Source: Vicugna vicugna (taxonomy: Eukaryota). Taken from it: 64,000 nucleotides of DNA. Below the pieces are notes generated by a model. It was not told where the DNA came from. It searched no databases and worked only from the letters and a program-made list of their open reading frames with translations. The position numbers and the translations under genes are program-made. The stretch's first letter is position 1. Each line of letters opens with the position of its first letter. The stretch is taken from contig MU058017.1 of NCBI GenBank assembly GCA_013265495.1, positions 62,001-126,000 on the forward strand, in the 5' to 3' direction. Of the stretch, positions 12,191 to 25,637 are shown in pieces.

Positions 12191-13159
12191 CAGTCTCAGT
12201 TGACTAACTTGATATTGTATTGATAATATTTTCAGTTCTCAATCAGTCCAGAAATAAGCAAGAGGAACTTCTACTTTGAACTTAATTCTTTGCATCAAAG
12301 ACAGACTGATTGAGTCAATGGGAGTGATAATAACTTTGGAGAATGTGAACAATGTTCTTGGAATTAATAATAAAGCTGTGGAAAGGAAAGCTGGGAGACA
12401 GCCAGACATCCACCCAGGAATTCAGGAAAGCACATCTCAAAAAGTATAAGACAAATTAGGTATGACCACATGGCCAGAGATTCTAAAAGGGAAGATTGCT
12501 TCAGAGAGATGGAAGAGTAATAATGACACTCTGATAATACAGTCATTGATTATGTTTTCTAAACAAAAAAATGGAGACTTAGGTACTGTCTGGGATGAGA
12601 TCATATTTTAACAAGACATGTACAAAAGACAGAATAAACAGTGTATAACCAAAAATGAAAAGAAGAGTGCCATAAACTTGTTAAAACTGAGTCAAAGTCC
12701 AAAACTGTGGAGTACAAAAAAAAAAATAGAATATAGAGCTTAAATAACCTTTTAAAAAAATTACAATTTGCTCTTCCCAGCTTGAGAACATGAAGAGTCA
12801 AGTCCATGTTGGTGAGACAGAGTAATGTTTGCAAAAGACTAAACTCTTATTACTGTTTTGCTTCCAACTTTTGTATCAAGAGAAATTACTTTAAAGCTGA
12901 AAAAAGAAGAAACATAAAAAAGAAAAATGAGGCACAAAGATAGACTAAGAAAAATACATTAATGGGGCGATCTATGTAGCCCAGAGTATTAAAACAACTT
13001 TCAATCATACAATCTTTAAGGAATCATATTCCTGGTATAGAGGGGGAAGAGCCTCATCCTAAATCTCATAAAGATAAAATAAAATTTTGAAACTACTTAC
13101 CTACTGGTTTGAGTCCTTCATGGTAGAATTCTAAAGCATGTTATTGGGGCTGTAAAGGA

Positions 13160-13512
13160 GTGTATCTTAAAGTATTTTCCATGAACAAGGAATATGACAG
13201 GATGTTAAAACCAACCAACCAACCAACCAACCAACCAGCCAACCAGCCAACCAGCCAACCAACCCAAACAAAAACTACCAAGCAGGTTTCCTCACGTAAA
13301 TAAGCTTGGGAAATGTTGGATCAATTGAAGTTAAGCAGGATTTCTCATTATTGCACTTTACAATGTACAACATGCACTGGGACTTCCCAAGAAAGGGCAT
13401 AAAGCATGTGGTGTTTCGCAGACTTACCTGATCATGAAAAATTTTTCCTTTTTTAATTTTAGCATCTCATAGAACTAGAATCTTGTTGAATATAATTTGG
13501 GAAACTGTTCTG
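13160..13512. mobile_element. hAT-Charlie MITE (MER103-like) containing an (ACCA)n microsatellite
   Basis: AATAAGCTTGGGAAATGTTGG...AGCATCTCATAGAACTAG...TAATTTGGGAAACTG resembles the recalled MER103 consensus. Confidence 0.6.
13209..13265. repeat. (AACC/AGCC)n tetranucleotide microsatellite
   Basis: Directly visible. Confidence 0.95.
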
Positions 13513-13519
13513 GTGACAG

Positions 13520-14285
13520 GCTACAGGGTTTTATACTTAGGTCTCTTGTATTCAATCAACACTTTTACTAATAATTTAAATGAAGAGAAGAGAGCCAGCT
13601 TATCACATTTACAGCCAATGCAAAGCATGGTTAATATGACAGATGACTGAACCAAGTTTTAAAAATATTATGACAGGTTGAAATACTGGGCTGCACCCAA
13701 CAAGATATTATTCGGTTCCAAGATCATCTCACAGGATAAGAGACACCTGGCTTAACAGCAATTTCTATGAACAAAATCTAGAGGGCTTACTTGACTATAA
13801 ACTTAATATAAGCCAACAGTATATTGCCCTTGCAAACAAAAACAACATAGTGAAACTGTTACACTAGGATGTTTTCACAGATGAAAAAAGCACCTAGACA
13901 AGGGCATTCCTAACTCCATTGTTTTCAATACTGGTCATACAACATTTGGAAGTGGAGTTAGCGATTGGAATGTGCTCAGTGAAGTACCACAAGAAAGGGA
14001 AAGTGTCTGGATGCCCTGTCACAAGAGCAACACAAAATTGGAAATGTTTGGTCTAGATAAAAAATACTTGCATTAGACTCCATATAAGGAAAAACTGTCT
14101 GATCATTGTCATTTCAAGGAGAAACAAAGTAAAATGCTGACTTAGAAGGTGGTGAGCTTCTTTTTCCTGAGTAACTTCAAGTCAGGCTGGGTGATTGTCT
14201 TTCCATGATGTTGTAGGTGGGATTCCTACATCTACTCCCACTGTCCTAGACTAAATGGTTTCTAGAAGTCAATTATGCTATGCAT
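13520..14285 (+). mobile_element. CR1/L3 LINE 3' fragment
   Basis: Degenerate reverse-transcriptase C-terminal region (TGACAGGTTGAAATACTGGG, TGACTATAAACTTAATATAAGCCAACAGT) and L3 tail GGTGGTGAGCTTC...TTCAAGTCAGGCTGG...GGGATTCCTACA...CTAGACTAAATG. Confidence 0.75.
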
Positions 14286-14334
14286 TTCAATATTGTTCTT
14301 CTGGTCACTGGAATTCTATAAGGTTTTCATATAC

Positions 14335-14428
14335 AGGACTATAAAATGCTAGATCTGGAAATAACCTCAAAGACAATCTATGTAACACTCTGCTTTTTAG
14401 AGGTGAGAAACCAAGGCTCAGAAAATTT
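14335..14428 (-). mobile_element. MIR3-like fragment
   Basis: TAAAATGCTAGATCTGGAAATAACCTCAAAGACAATCTA...GAGGTGAGAAACCAAGGCTCAGA. Confidence 0.65.
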
Positions 14429-15027
14429 CCATTCTTTCATTTGCCAGATGTTTCCTGGCTGCCTGAAATTTGTAACTGTAGAGAACATCAACATGAACAA
14501 GGAGAACTTGCTTGCCTTAAGCTTATAATCTAGGTAGCCAAAACTCAACACAGAGATACAGTACACGTGTAGCTGAGGAATAAGCAATTCATTCTGATTG
14601 GCAGATTAGGCAATGTGAAAGCTAGGAAGATGTTCCACCAGAGGAAACATCAGCAAACTCCGAGGGAGAAAAGTGTTTGCAAAGTGGCTTCCGTGGAGTT
14701 GGAAGTGGTCTCGTGTAGGACCAACCCAGAGTAAATGACCACGTAGTCCTTGGAAGTGGACTTAGGCTCATTTGGACCAGAAATACTGCAATCTGGATTC
14801 CAGCTACCTTGAATGTGATCTCAAAGGTAGATGCAGGTTCCAGGTGGGCACATCCCTTCAGGCATCTATTATGAAGAAAACCTTTAAGGTATGGATCTAA
14901 AACAATACATATATAAACATTTCCAAAATGAATCAATGCCTATTCACATTAAAAATTGATTTTATTTCAGAGGATGAGAAAATATGAAGAATAAAGTATC
15001 AGAAGTAATTAAATCAGTCCAAAAATA

Positions 15028-15250
15028 ACATTATTATTTATTGAACACCCCACGTGTGTGTGTATATATGTATATATGCATATATATTGCTTCTAAACCT
15101 TGCAACCACTCTACAAAGTAGTTATTATTAATCTCTATCAACAGATGAGGAACTGGGGTTGCCCATGTAATGCCAGCCAGTAAGTCACTCACCTGGATAC
15201 AAACTCAAGTTTGTCTCTCAGTAATGCTCATGATATTCCTTCTATAGCAC
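15028..15250 (-). mobile_element. MIR SINE with internal (TG/TA) microsatellite
   Basis: ATTTATTGAACACC...ACAGATGAGGAACTGGGG...AAACTCAAGTTTGTCT. Confidence 0.7.
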
Positions 15251-15434
15251 TCAACAGTCTACTGGGGGAAGGAAGGCAGTGTTGTTCAGATTGTCCTTTT
15301 CTATATGTTAATCTATATTTCATAGGAAAAATAACAATGTAAATTCCTTAAGGAAAATGATTCTACTTTACATTTTCCTTACAACTACAGTTAGTACAGC
15401 AACAGCATATAACAAGCAATTCAGTTAGAAAACT

Positions 15435-15555
15435 GAATTCATTCAGCAAATATTTATGAAAAGTCTACTATGTGACAGTCACTGTTCTTGGCTCTGAGGA
15501 CATGTCAATGAACAAAACATGAAAATTCCCAGCCCTTGTGCAGAATTCAGTTTCC
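15435..15555 (-). mobile_element. L2 3' end
   Basis: ATTCATTCAGCAAATATTTATGAAAAGTCTACTATGTGACAG. Confidence 0.8.
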
Positions 15556-16058
15556 TGCTATTGTAAGACTAAGGTCTTTGTGTTCTTGATTGATGTCAAG
15601 GAAGAATAATCTCAGATTCTGGAGGATGTTCAACCTGTCCCAACACATGCTCCTCTCTATAACAGGACAGTTGCTCATTCAATGCCAGCAAAACAAGGTC
15701 TCTGCTGCTTCCAGTTTCTAACTCCTATCTCCTACCTCTAGACTCAAGTTTATAGGGCCCATGTAATATCAGGCCCACTCAGATCCCCTTTGTTTTGATT
15801 AATCAGAATCAGCTGCTCAGTAAACTTATATACGTCTGTAAAATTTTCAGTAATTAAAACCAAAATGTGCAGTATTTAAATCTGTAAATTAAATTTACTC
15901 ATCTTAATTGCATCTTCAGTAATCTCTTTTGCTATATTACATAACATAATCACAGGAGTGATATCTCATCATCTTCATAGGTCCCATCCACACTTGAGGG
16001 GAGATTAAATAAGGGTACCACATGGGGGGGGGGTCATCTTAGAATTCTATCTACTACA
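15556..16058 (-). mobile_element. MaLR LTR (MLT1 family)
   Basis: CATGTAATATCAGGCCCACTCAGAT...ATAACATAATCACAGGAGTGATATCTCATCA...CATCTTAGAATTCTATCTACTACA. Confidence 0.75.
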
Positions 16059-17615
16059 GGCAGTAAAGAAATTTGAGAATTAACTTCATTTTTTTGCTTT
16101 ATAGTTCTCACTTATTAATTCACTCATCTAATATATGCTTACTGAGATTATATGCATACTATGGTAGGGGCTACAGCAAAGCAAATGAGTAAGATGGAAG
16201 TCACTACTTTCAAGGGTCTAAATTTTTTTTAAAAAAGACATTTCAATAAATAATAGTAATAATAAAACAGTATGGTAACTGCAGTAAAAGAAGTATGTAA
16301 ATATAGATTTGGCACAGAAGAACTGATCAGTCACCTAGAAGGACCAGATACCACTGCAAAAATGATGTAATACCTATCATATTAATAGGTGGATTCAAAC
16401 TCTTCTGAATAGCCTTTATTTTGAGACTTTCATGGAAGGAGTTACAATGGAGACATATTCTCCCTTACTGATACTAGCCTTTTTCTATTTAACAACTACA
16501 AATGCTGAGTTTTCCTACATCCACTAAGATGGGCCTTACAAAGTGTGGCTACACACTCTGTGGACTAATCTATTTTTCAGCTAAGTCCATAAAGTGAAAT
16601 TGATGAGTCTATGGAGAGGTCTTTTTGCATTCATGAATGGGGTCAGAAAAGTCCTCATTTCTATTATTAAGAACAGGAACTACTGGTTTTAAACTTTCTT
16701 CCATCTGCAGGTTGGAAATATAGGTTAAGTCATACCACTAGTAAATCTGTAGCAAGCTCCCACAGGGCAATAAAAAAAACAGTGAACACATTCATTTCTT
16801 GGCTTAGAGACAGGGGAAGTACATGAATGCCTGGGCTCCAAAGGAATGACTTTGTACAGTTCTGTTTATAGTTACACACAGTCTGTATAAACAGATGAAG
16901 GGTACTTGGCTTCTTTTTGAACCAGGAAGGGTAATGAGATTCTAGCAGCCAAAAGCAAAACACTGATTGTTGGCTACAAACAAATTTGATCAATGGTCTG
17001 GGAGCTTCAACTTGCCATTCTATTTCCTTAGCAAACACTTCATCTTGTGCCAGACACTGCTGTGCACCGTGTTTGATTTTGGGGACAAGCTATTCATCAT
17101 CCCTTGGTTTTCTCACCAAGCACAAGGATGCCAACAAGGTTTTCTTTGCCTCAAGACAGCAGGTGGCAACGTTGGCAGTTAAACAGTCAGCAAGACGTTA
17201 ATCATACTCTTACTGCTTCATTCCAGAAAAACATAGAACTGAACAGGATCCCATTTCCCCACCTCCCAATTTTTTTTTTAACTCTCAGATTGTTTGAAAA
17301 AAAAATTCTGAAAAACTCAGCAACAGAGAAGTTTCTTATAGCTCAGGGACCCTAACTGATACTTATTTCTAGAGTAAAGAAATGAAATCTTCACATAAAA
17401 AAACAGCCTAATATATATCAGGGAATAGTTTTTTTTTCCTGTCAAATGAAATATGGGAATTGTCTCCAATAGTAAGATTTTGAGTGGTTGATTGTTTCAC
17501 TGGTTGATCCATTCACATGATCTGCAGAGCTTCTCAACCTCAGCACAACTGACATTTGAGGTCATACATTGTTCCAGAGTAAAATGGCATGTGATGAGAA
17601 CACTGTCAATTATCT

Positions 17616-17960
17616 GTCTAGATCCCCTCAGAATCCTTTTATGGTTTCTTTTTGTGCACCCATCCCCAGCTCCTCTGTATTGTGTCCCAAAGTCTTCTTC
17701 CTGTGCCTTACTTCAGGGGACTGCTTTTGGGTGACTGGAGCTGCTCTGCCCACAGATGCAGACAGCTGGAAGTGCCTGGGAGATATTGGGCATCAGGGTA
17801 GCTCAAAGCTTATGGGATCACCTCTGAGATGTAATCTCTGTTTTAGTCTACCCTGAAGACAAGCTAAGATTGAGACTTGGCTTGACTCCTCTCCTTCCTC
17901 CTCCTCAATCACCTTCTAGAAGAACTTCCTTAACAAATCACCTACACAACCAGATAAGCA
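17616..17960 (+). mobile_element. ERVL LTR (LTR16-like)
   Basis: GACAGCTGGAAGTGCCTGGGAG and 3' TTCCTTAACAAATCACCTACAC motifs. Confidence 0.6.
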
Positions 17961-18049
17961 TTTTAGAGATTCCCCTGGCTGTGATACAGAGAACAAAGAG
18001 CTGGTTGAGATTAGATAAAAATAAGACTGGCCTTCTAAAAACTGAGCCT

Positions 18050-18320
18050 ATCACAAATCTCTGGAGTGGAAACATTTCAGGGGGCATGTAGACCACACTT
18101 CACTCAAAGCAGGAACCTCTTCTAAGCATTCATTTCAGATCAGTTTTAGCTTCAAGACCTAGAGGCTTATTCTCTTATAAAAATTGTCTTCTTTTTCATA
18201 CGATTGCCACTGTTACAAACTTCTTCCTATAATAAGCCCAACTGAGTCTTTCATGAATAGTACCCATTGTTCCCAGCACTGCTCTCTAGAACCTCACAGA
18301 TTAAAAGTAAACATTTGTCC
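18050..18320 (-). mobile_element. CR1/L3 fragment adjoining the MLT2 LTR
   Basis: GTTACAAACTTCTTCCTATAATAAGCCCAA...CCCATTGTTCCCAGCACTGCTCTCTAGAACC antisense L3-like. Confidence 0.55.
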
Positions 18321-18321
18321 A

Positions 18322-18791
18322 TATGTGGTTAATTTTTTGTGTCACCTTGACTGGGCCCACAGGGTGCCCAGACATTTGATCAAACATTTTTCTGGTTGTG
18401 TCTGTGACACTATTTCTAGATGACATCAATATTTGACTTAGTAGACTGAGTTAAAAGCAGATTATCCTCCTTAATATGGGTAGATCTAACCCAGGCAGTT
18501 GAAGATGGAAATTGAACAAAAAAGGCTGAGTAAGAGTATTCCTCCTGTCTGACTACTTGAGCTAGGACATAGGCCTTTTTCTGCTTCAAATGCAAAATGA
18601 AAAATCAGCTCTTCTTGGGTCTTGAGCCTACAGGCTTTCAGATGAAAACTATACCATCAGCTCTTCAAGGTCTCCAGCTTGCTACCTACAGATTTTGGGA
18701 TTTCTCAGTCTCCATAATCGTGTCAGCCAAATTCTTAAAATAAATATTTATTCTATTGATTCTGTTTCTCTGCAGAACCCTGACTAATACA
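18322..18791 (+). mobile_element. ERVL solo LTR (MLT2D-like)
   Basis: GGTTAATTTTTTGTGTCACCTTGACTGGGCC...TCTATTGATTCTGTTTCTCTGCAGAACCCTGACTAATACA. Confidence 0.92.
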
Positions 18792-20019
18792 ATACAACAT
18801 CCCTTATGTAGGGATTTCCCTCTATAGTCTGATTTAAGAGCAACTGATATCCCAAATCTTATCCCCTCCAGCCTGTCAGAAATCACTAGCATTGAATATA
18901 CTGTTTTGGATAAAGGGATAGTACCCCGATAAAACTTTGGTTAAATGTAAACTTATATGAGAAAATAATCCATTAATTCAAGGACAATTTTTATTGTACT
19001 ACCAGAGCTTTTAATAGGTGAGACACAGGGAAGTATATTTTGATGTGGAATGTAGAAGACTTGATAATAGGATCAATAAGGTAAGTTTCTGGTAAGTTTC
19101 CACAATTCAAGCTTCTAGAAATTCTGGGGTGACAATGAGGTGTTTGAGATGTGAAAGGGTACAAGTAGGCAGACAACAGACTGCTGGTCACCAATTTTTC
19201 CTCAGACTGGCCCAGCATAAAAGGAAATTCCCACTGATAATTTTAACTGATGTCTAGTTTACACATACTTTTTAAAAAATTAATAAATTTAATACTTTTG
19301 TATACATTTTTTAGACATGAACTAATTCCTTTGGTCACTTTTCATGTGGTGAATCCAGCTGCTAGGAACAGAATCAACAGAGTACTTCTTGGCTATAAGA
19401 CAATTACTAAGACAATACATTAATATCTGACTTGGTTGGCAACATTGGGATAAAATTTTCTGAGTATAAAGCAAGGAATGAAAACCTCATGGCCCTAAAT
19501 TATAATCATCCATGTAGTAGTCTAGGATTTTAAGACCCTAGGGTAGAGAGATTCCACATAACTTAAAAATGCAAAGAGTTTTTGTGTGTGAGCGAGAATA
19601 GTTATTTCCTGGGGAAAAACATGAATGTCTTCATGAGAACATCACTTTCATCACATTCATTTTTTTAATCTTGATCATTTCTCTTTATGTATTACCCAAC
19701 AGTTAATGAGTTTAAAAAAAGGATTTTAAAAATGGTAACAGGCACTAAGCCATTTGAAGATCTAGACATCTTAACTGGATTCATTTTTTTTAAACTTACA
19801 CTATTCCACATTTGATAGTAATTTGCCTTTGGCTACACCCCATAGCATTTCTAACTTCAATCAACTTTATACACATACTCTCTAAAGAAAATGTGTATCA
19901 TTTCTAACTTATGTCCCCAAATCATTTTTAATAATCTTCTATCATAACAAATTATTGGTATTTACTTCAATCCCACCCTAAATTTCATCACCTTTTAAAA
20001 CAGAGAACACTAGTCTCAA

Positions 20020-20180
20020 GCTCAAAAGAACTGGCTGTAATCCAGTAATTAAAATATGGTTGGGTGACCTTAAGGAAAGTCATAACACCTCCTTAGGCCT
20101 GTTGCTGTTACTGAGATGTCAAAAGAGGCATTAGAGAACATGATTTCTCAAGTGACTCTCAATCTGAACATCCTAAAATT
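20020..20180 (+). mobile_element. MIR3-like SINE
   Basis: GGGTGACCTTAAGGAAAGTCATAACACCTCC...ATGATTTCTCAAGTGACTCTCAATCTGAACATCCTA. Confidence 0.6.
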
Positions 20181-20884
20181 AGAATGGATTATTTTAATAC
20201 TAGTGATGTACGTGCTCTTGTTTTAGCATTAGTTATTTTTTTTAATTCAAGTGAATAAAAAGTATATGCAACTTCAAATACTTAAAGGAATGGCTAGAAA
20301 GAAATTAAGCCATCTCTAGCATTCTAACTTTGCGGTCTTAGCTTATAAAGTGATGGGAAATGTCAGAAGATATAGCGTAGGGGTAGAGAAGACATATTCC
20401 CTTCATAATGTATTGTTCTACATCTAAAATTCAGTAAGCTCATTGAGTCTACTTCACCTTCCTAAGATCTTAGGAGAGAGCAGAGCTTCACTCCAGATTC
20501 TCTCCTGTTACTGGGCTTACATCTCAGTGTAAGTGGGAAATTAGCTTTTTATTGAATTATGAGTTAAACTGTGAGAAGATGATTACCAGCTCCCTGGCAC
20601 ATCCCAAAAGTGTGGAGGATTTGCTGCATACAAAACTGTGCAGCAAAAGAACCAAAAACTTTCCAGGGAATGCTCTTGGAAAACACATGGTGGTTTCTTA
20701 TCTTTTATAGCCATCAAATCCTATGGTGATTCTATAGCCAGGCTGGCATTTGAGGTGTGTACATGTAAAAGGATGGAGAGAGAGACAATATAAACTAAGA
20801 GAAAAAGGTATTTGAGCTTAGATTTCCTAAACTGAATCAGACTCCTTCATTATTTTTTTGGTTTCTAATACCCTGAGAATAAAT

Positions 20885-21330
20885 ATGAATTATTTATTCA
20901 CTGAATTATCGTACTTTGGAGTGGCTATTGAGTCCAGGCTACTGCAGAGGATACAAAGATGGATGTTACAAACATTGCCATTAAAAAGACAGTCTAATTG
21001 AAAGATAAGACATAAAAGTAAATATAGCACAACAAATGCATCAACTGAAGTTATGTATTGAGTGCAGTGATAATACAGAATCAAGGAAGATTTCACTGAG
21101 GCAGCAAGTTTTGATCTGGTTCTGAAAATATGAGTAGCATTTCTCCAAGTGGGCTTGGGTTGAGGATATAAGAAAGAATCAGGACTCAATAGTGGAAACA
21201 GCATATATAAGGGTACATAGGACTAGAAAAGCCATGGTCTCTTGGGCAACTGCAGAAAGTAATTTGGTATTTTTGTAGCTTGTGGTATGAGAGGAAGTTG
21301 ACAGAGTAAGCTGGAGAGGTAGGCTATAAG
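20885..21330 (-). mobile_element. L2 fragment
   Basis: AATCAAGGAAGATTTCACTGAGG...TTTGATCTGGTTCTGAAAATATGAGTAGCATTT...GGAAACAGCATATATAAGGG. Confidence 0.7.
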
Positions 21331-22196
21331 TGAGGTATTTCGAGCCAATTTATGACATATAGACATATGTTCAGTTATTGGATATCAACAGCAGACATTG
21401 AATATCAAAGACATTTTTAGTCTCCTAAATTTTTTATGACAATTATATCAAATATATGAGGTAGGTTATATATATAAGTATTTAACTTATACAAATTTGC
21501 TATATAGCTACTACCACACAGGCTCCATAAGAAGCCAAAACAAAACAAATACAACCAAACCCAAACTTAGCAAGTCCTTCTATTCTTCCACCCAACAGTA
21601 ACATGTTGTAAAGAATGAGCATGATTTGAGAATCTGAATCGCCATTTTCTCTGTTCCTCTCAGTTCCAAATCATCTCTCACAGTGTTATATCTGCTTAAT
21701 AGTTAAGACTATTACTTACTACATTTAGCATATATCCTTATTAGATTTAGGTTGTGTAATAATATACATTGTTTTAAAACAATTTTTTATACAACTTAGA
21801 TACAAGTCAAATGCCTTCCCAGGTGCTTGTCCCAAATATAAATGATCTATTCCAATGCTGGAGAAAAAATGAACTGTACTGAACTACTCCAGAGATGCTA
21901 CGTTGATTCTCAATGTGCACCTTCCTAAGAGACTTAGGATAATTTTGACTTTGTACAAATTTTATCCTCCTAATTCTCCACTTCGCATCCTAAGCCAGGT
22001 GAAAGATGTAATTCTATGTAATTCTATGGGTTCTTTTTCTTTTTTTTTGTTGAAATTTTAATAACTAAATTAAAACTTTGAGAAAATAGGTGAAAGAGCC
22101 AGTGATGCACTAATTCTATAATTATAAAGCATTATTTAATATTAATAAATATTTTTAATCCTTGCGATCCCCCTCTTTAGAAAGCAGCAATAGCCA

Positions 22197-22231
<35 letters not shown>
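22197..22231. repeat. (CAT)n microsatellite
   Basis: Directly visible. Confidence 0.97.
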
Positions 22232-23339
22232 ATACATTTTCTTCAAGAGGAAAACAACAGAATAGCAAAACTTGGAGAAGGTAGAGAGTCTGCTATGTAA
22301 TATTTCAAGTACTTTGACCTTGGTGAATGGAGTCATTCATGTCATCCTGACTATGACCTATTTTATGCTTTCATTCAAGTTTTTCAGTGTCTCAGAAAAT
22401 GTGTGAAATCCTTTAAGGGACACAATCCTTTGTACTTCATAGTTTACCCAGGCCCTTGACATTCTCTTGGTGGGGGATGGTAGGTGGGGACAGATCACTA
22501 ACCTTCTTGTTTTCGACACAATAGAATGGTTTTGATAAATATTTGTGAAGTTTTTACAGTGATACATTCCTGTAGAAAAGCCTATAACAGATATTCAAAA
22601 TTAGTTGAATGTCAAGCGTACTATTATTACTAAATCATCTTTTTCTCCACCTGGATAAACACTTAATGGATACCATGGCTCTACATCTCTTCAATCTTTC
22701 TGGTAGAAGGCAGTCTGGGTGAGGGGAGATTGTGGTGGGGAAAGTCTGAAGACTGGAATTTGATTAGGAAATTTGTTGGGATATGTGAACAGATCAGATC
22801 TAAACGGAAAGTAGTAAACCACATCCATGCTTATTCTAGAATAGGAATGCTGGCTGTTGCTCTACTGTGGCTCATCTGGGCTGTAGCTCTTCACACTATG
22901 TGTGAAATATCACTGTTGTGGGAAAGAATTATATATATATATACATCTATATACATAGATTGATATTTAAATCTATTACCCACTGAGCACTGTGTGATAA
23001 TGGATATTAGATAGAGAACATTTTGCAATCACAAAGCATTATTACTTCATCTTATGAATGTCTGAACCAAGCATAACTTTTTAATTAAAAATAAAATGTG
23101 GACTTGGCTTTCCAAAGATAAATAGACCACCACAAGACTTGTAAAGGAAGAATAAATTAGGATAGGTTTGAAAAGTCAGGAGTTCCTGTAATATATGGAT
23201 AAATAAAATACATCTGGAAAATCCCTAGGATGCTGTATTTTTCTCTATGACTGGTCATTTCTGATATTTAGACTGGTAAATAAGATACTTATAATGTGAA
23301 TCTTGTATCCTGGGCCTGAAAAATATGAAAAGGGTCTAA

Positions 23340-23620
23340 AGAGCAAATAAAGGGAAGTCAGAAGAGGCCACAATGGGAAGGTGAACTTAGTTCAAGTTTG
23401 AAGGAGGAATAGTACTTAAACTTACACACAGAGAAAGATGAATTCTTGAGGCGGAGGAACCAGCATGACCAAAAGCATAGAAGTGGGACTGCTCATGACT
23501 CATTTTGGAGTCAAGAGGCAGACCTGTGTGATCTGAGTAGATGGGTTATTTTGAAGATAAGGGTGAATATTAGATTGGGGACATAATGCAGAAGGGCAAG
23601 AATGCCAGGCTCCAGAAATT
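23340..23620 (-). mobile_element. L2 fragment
   Basis: GAAGTCAGAAGAGGCC...TTTGAAGGAGGAATAG...GGCGGAGGAACCAGCATGACCAAAAGCATAGAAG. Confidence 0.7.
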
Positions 23621-23639
23621 AATAATAACAATAAAAACA

Positions 23640-25620
23640 TAACATTATTAGCCACAGAAATTTCACAGAATATTTTAATGATTTTATAGTAGGAATTTTT
23701 TTAAAGCAAAAATTATAAACCATAAAAATGTTCCATTTGACTAAATCAAAATTTAAAACTTCTGCATGTGAAAAATTAAAACATAAGGAATGGTACAGCA
23801 ATTTTGGAAGACAGATGCAGATTCTTACAAAACTAAACATATTCTTACCTAATGATCCAGCAATTGTGCTCCTTGGTATTACCCAAATGAACTGAAAACT
23901 TATGTTCACACAAAAACCTGCACATGTATGTTTTACTCACAACTGCCAAATTAATGATTTACTCATAATTGCCAAAACTTCAAAGCAACTAAGATGTCTT
24001 TCAATAGGTGAATGGATAAATAAATTGTGATACAGGTATATAATGGAATATTATTAACCAATAAAAGAAATAAGCTATAGCCACAAAAAGACATGCAGGA
24101 AACTTAAATATATATTGCTAAGTGAAAGAAGCAAATTTGAAAAGGCTACATAGTGTTTGATTCCAACTAGATGACTTTCTGGAAAAAGCAAAACTGAAAA
24201 CTAAAGAAAGATTAGTGGTTGCCAGGAATTTGGGGGGATGTAGGGAGGGATGAATCGGGTAGTGAAACTACTGTATGATACTGCAATGGTGAATGCATAT
24301 CATTATACATTTGTCAAAACCCATAGAATATACAACACAAAGAGTGAACTCTAAGGTAAACTGTGGACTTTAGTTAGTGAGAATGTACCTATATTGGCTC
24401 ATCAATCATCATACATGTATCACATTGATATAAGATGTCAATGATGGAGCAACTGTTGGGGAGGGTAAGAGTGTATATGAAAATTCTCTTCAATTTTAAC
24501 TTATTTTTCCTTAAACCTAAAGATGTTCTAAAAATAAAATCTCTTAAATTAAAAAAAAAAAAACAAGGAACAACACGATAAAGATGTTTCCAAGATATAG
24601 AGTAAGAAGTTTGTAGCTGGAATGTATGAAGTTTCCACAAATAAGTAAGAAAAAGACATATAATTCAAAACAAAAATGGGCAAAGGAAATAAACCAGGCA
24701 ATACACAGAAAAAGAAATTTGAATGGCAAATAAATACATGAGAAGATGCTCAAGTTCATTGATAAATACATTCAACAAAATATTTATTGAGCCTCTACTG
24801 AGCTCAGGTGTAGTTTTAGGTACTTGGGGTACACAAGTATACTAAATATGGAGGCCTGTGCATGTGGAGGTAAAATTATTAAAAGTAAGCCTATTTTCTG
24901 ACTCACCATATTGGCAAAAATTAGATGTCTGATCTTATCAAATCTTGGCAAAGATTTAGAAGAACAGAAAATCTTAAGCCATAATAAAAGGTGTAAAAAG
25001 TGGTTCAAAAGTGAGGGAAAAAACCTTGATAACATCTTACAGTATTAAATGTGCATACCCTATTACCCCCAAAATTCTCCTTCTACGTTTATAGCCTAAA
25101 AATATTCTTGCACATGCACACAAGGAAATGTAAACAATAATGCATATTACAGCACTGTTGCAATATTTTATGAACCGGAAGCAATCAGGGAGTTGGCAAT
25201 ATGAGTATATACAAAGAAAGAAATATTATGAAGCAAGTAAAAGAAATTAAACAGATATTAATATATTAATATGGGTAGATCTCAAACTACAAATTTGAGG
25301 GAGGGAAATGCAACTGACAGAATATAGAGCATGTAATAAACCATGTTAACAAAAATCACATAAAACAATATCGTATGTTCTTATTGTATAAATGTATGTA
25401 TATATATTTTACGGATGTATAAAACATTTAAAAAATAGATTATGACAACTTTATAACATTGGTTGTATATGGTGAGAACAGAAGGAAATGAAATATGTAT
25501 GGGGAGTAAAAGTAACTTCACCTTAATCTTTGTTTTATTTACTTCATAAAAATTCATCAAATAAGTATGGCAGAATGTTAATAAGCCTCAGTTTCAATTA
25601 ATGAGTATAACTCTGTAATG
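23640..25620 (+). mobile_element. Old L1ME-like 3' region, interrupted by an L1MC-like element and a short antisense L2 end (~24770-24870)
   Basis: CTAAATCAAAATTTAAAACTTCTG; AAAATGGGCAAAGGAAATAAACCAGGCAAT; TGCATACCCTATTACCCC...TTCTTGCACATGCACACAAGGA. Confidence 0.7.
23790..24563 (+). mobile_element. L1MC-like 3' end nested in older L1
   Basis: TGATCCAGCAATTGTGCTCCTTGGTATTACCCAAATGAACTGAAAACTTATGTTCACACAAAAACCTGCAC; ACATTTGTCAAAACCCATAGAAT; A tail. Confidence 0.88.
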
Positions 25621-25637
25621 TTATTTTTAATATTTTC

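Noticed and set aside
19078..19100. Tandem + strand donor-like GGTAAGTTTC motifs
   Set aside because: No convincing upstream acceptor or open exon. They show that donor motifs occur by chance, which also tempers the - strand candidates.
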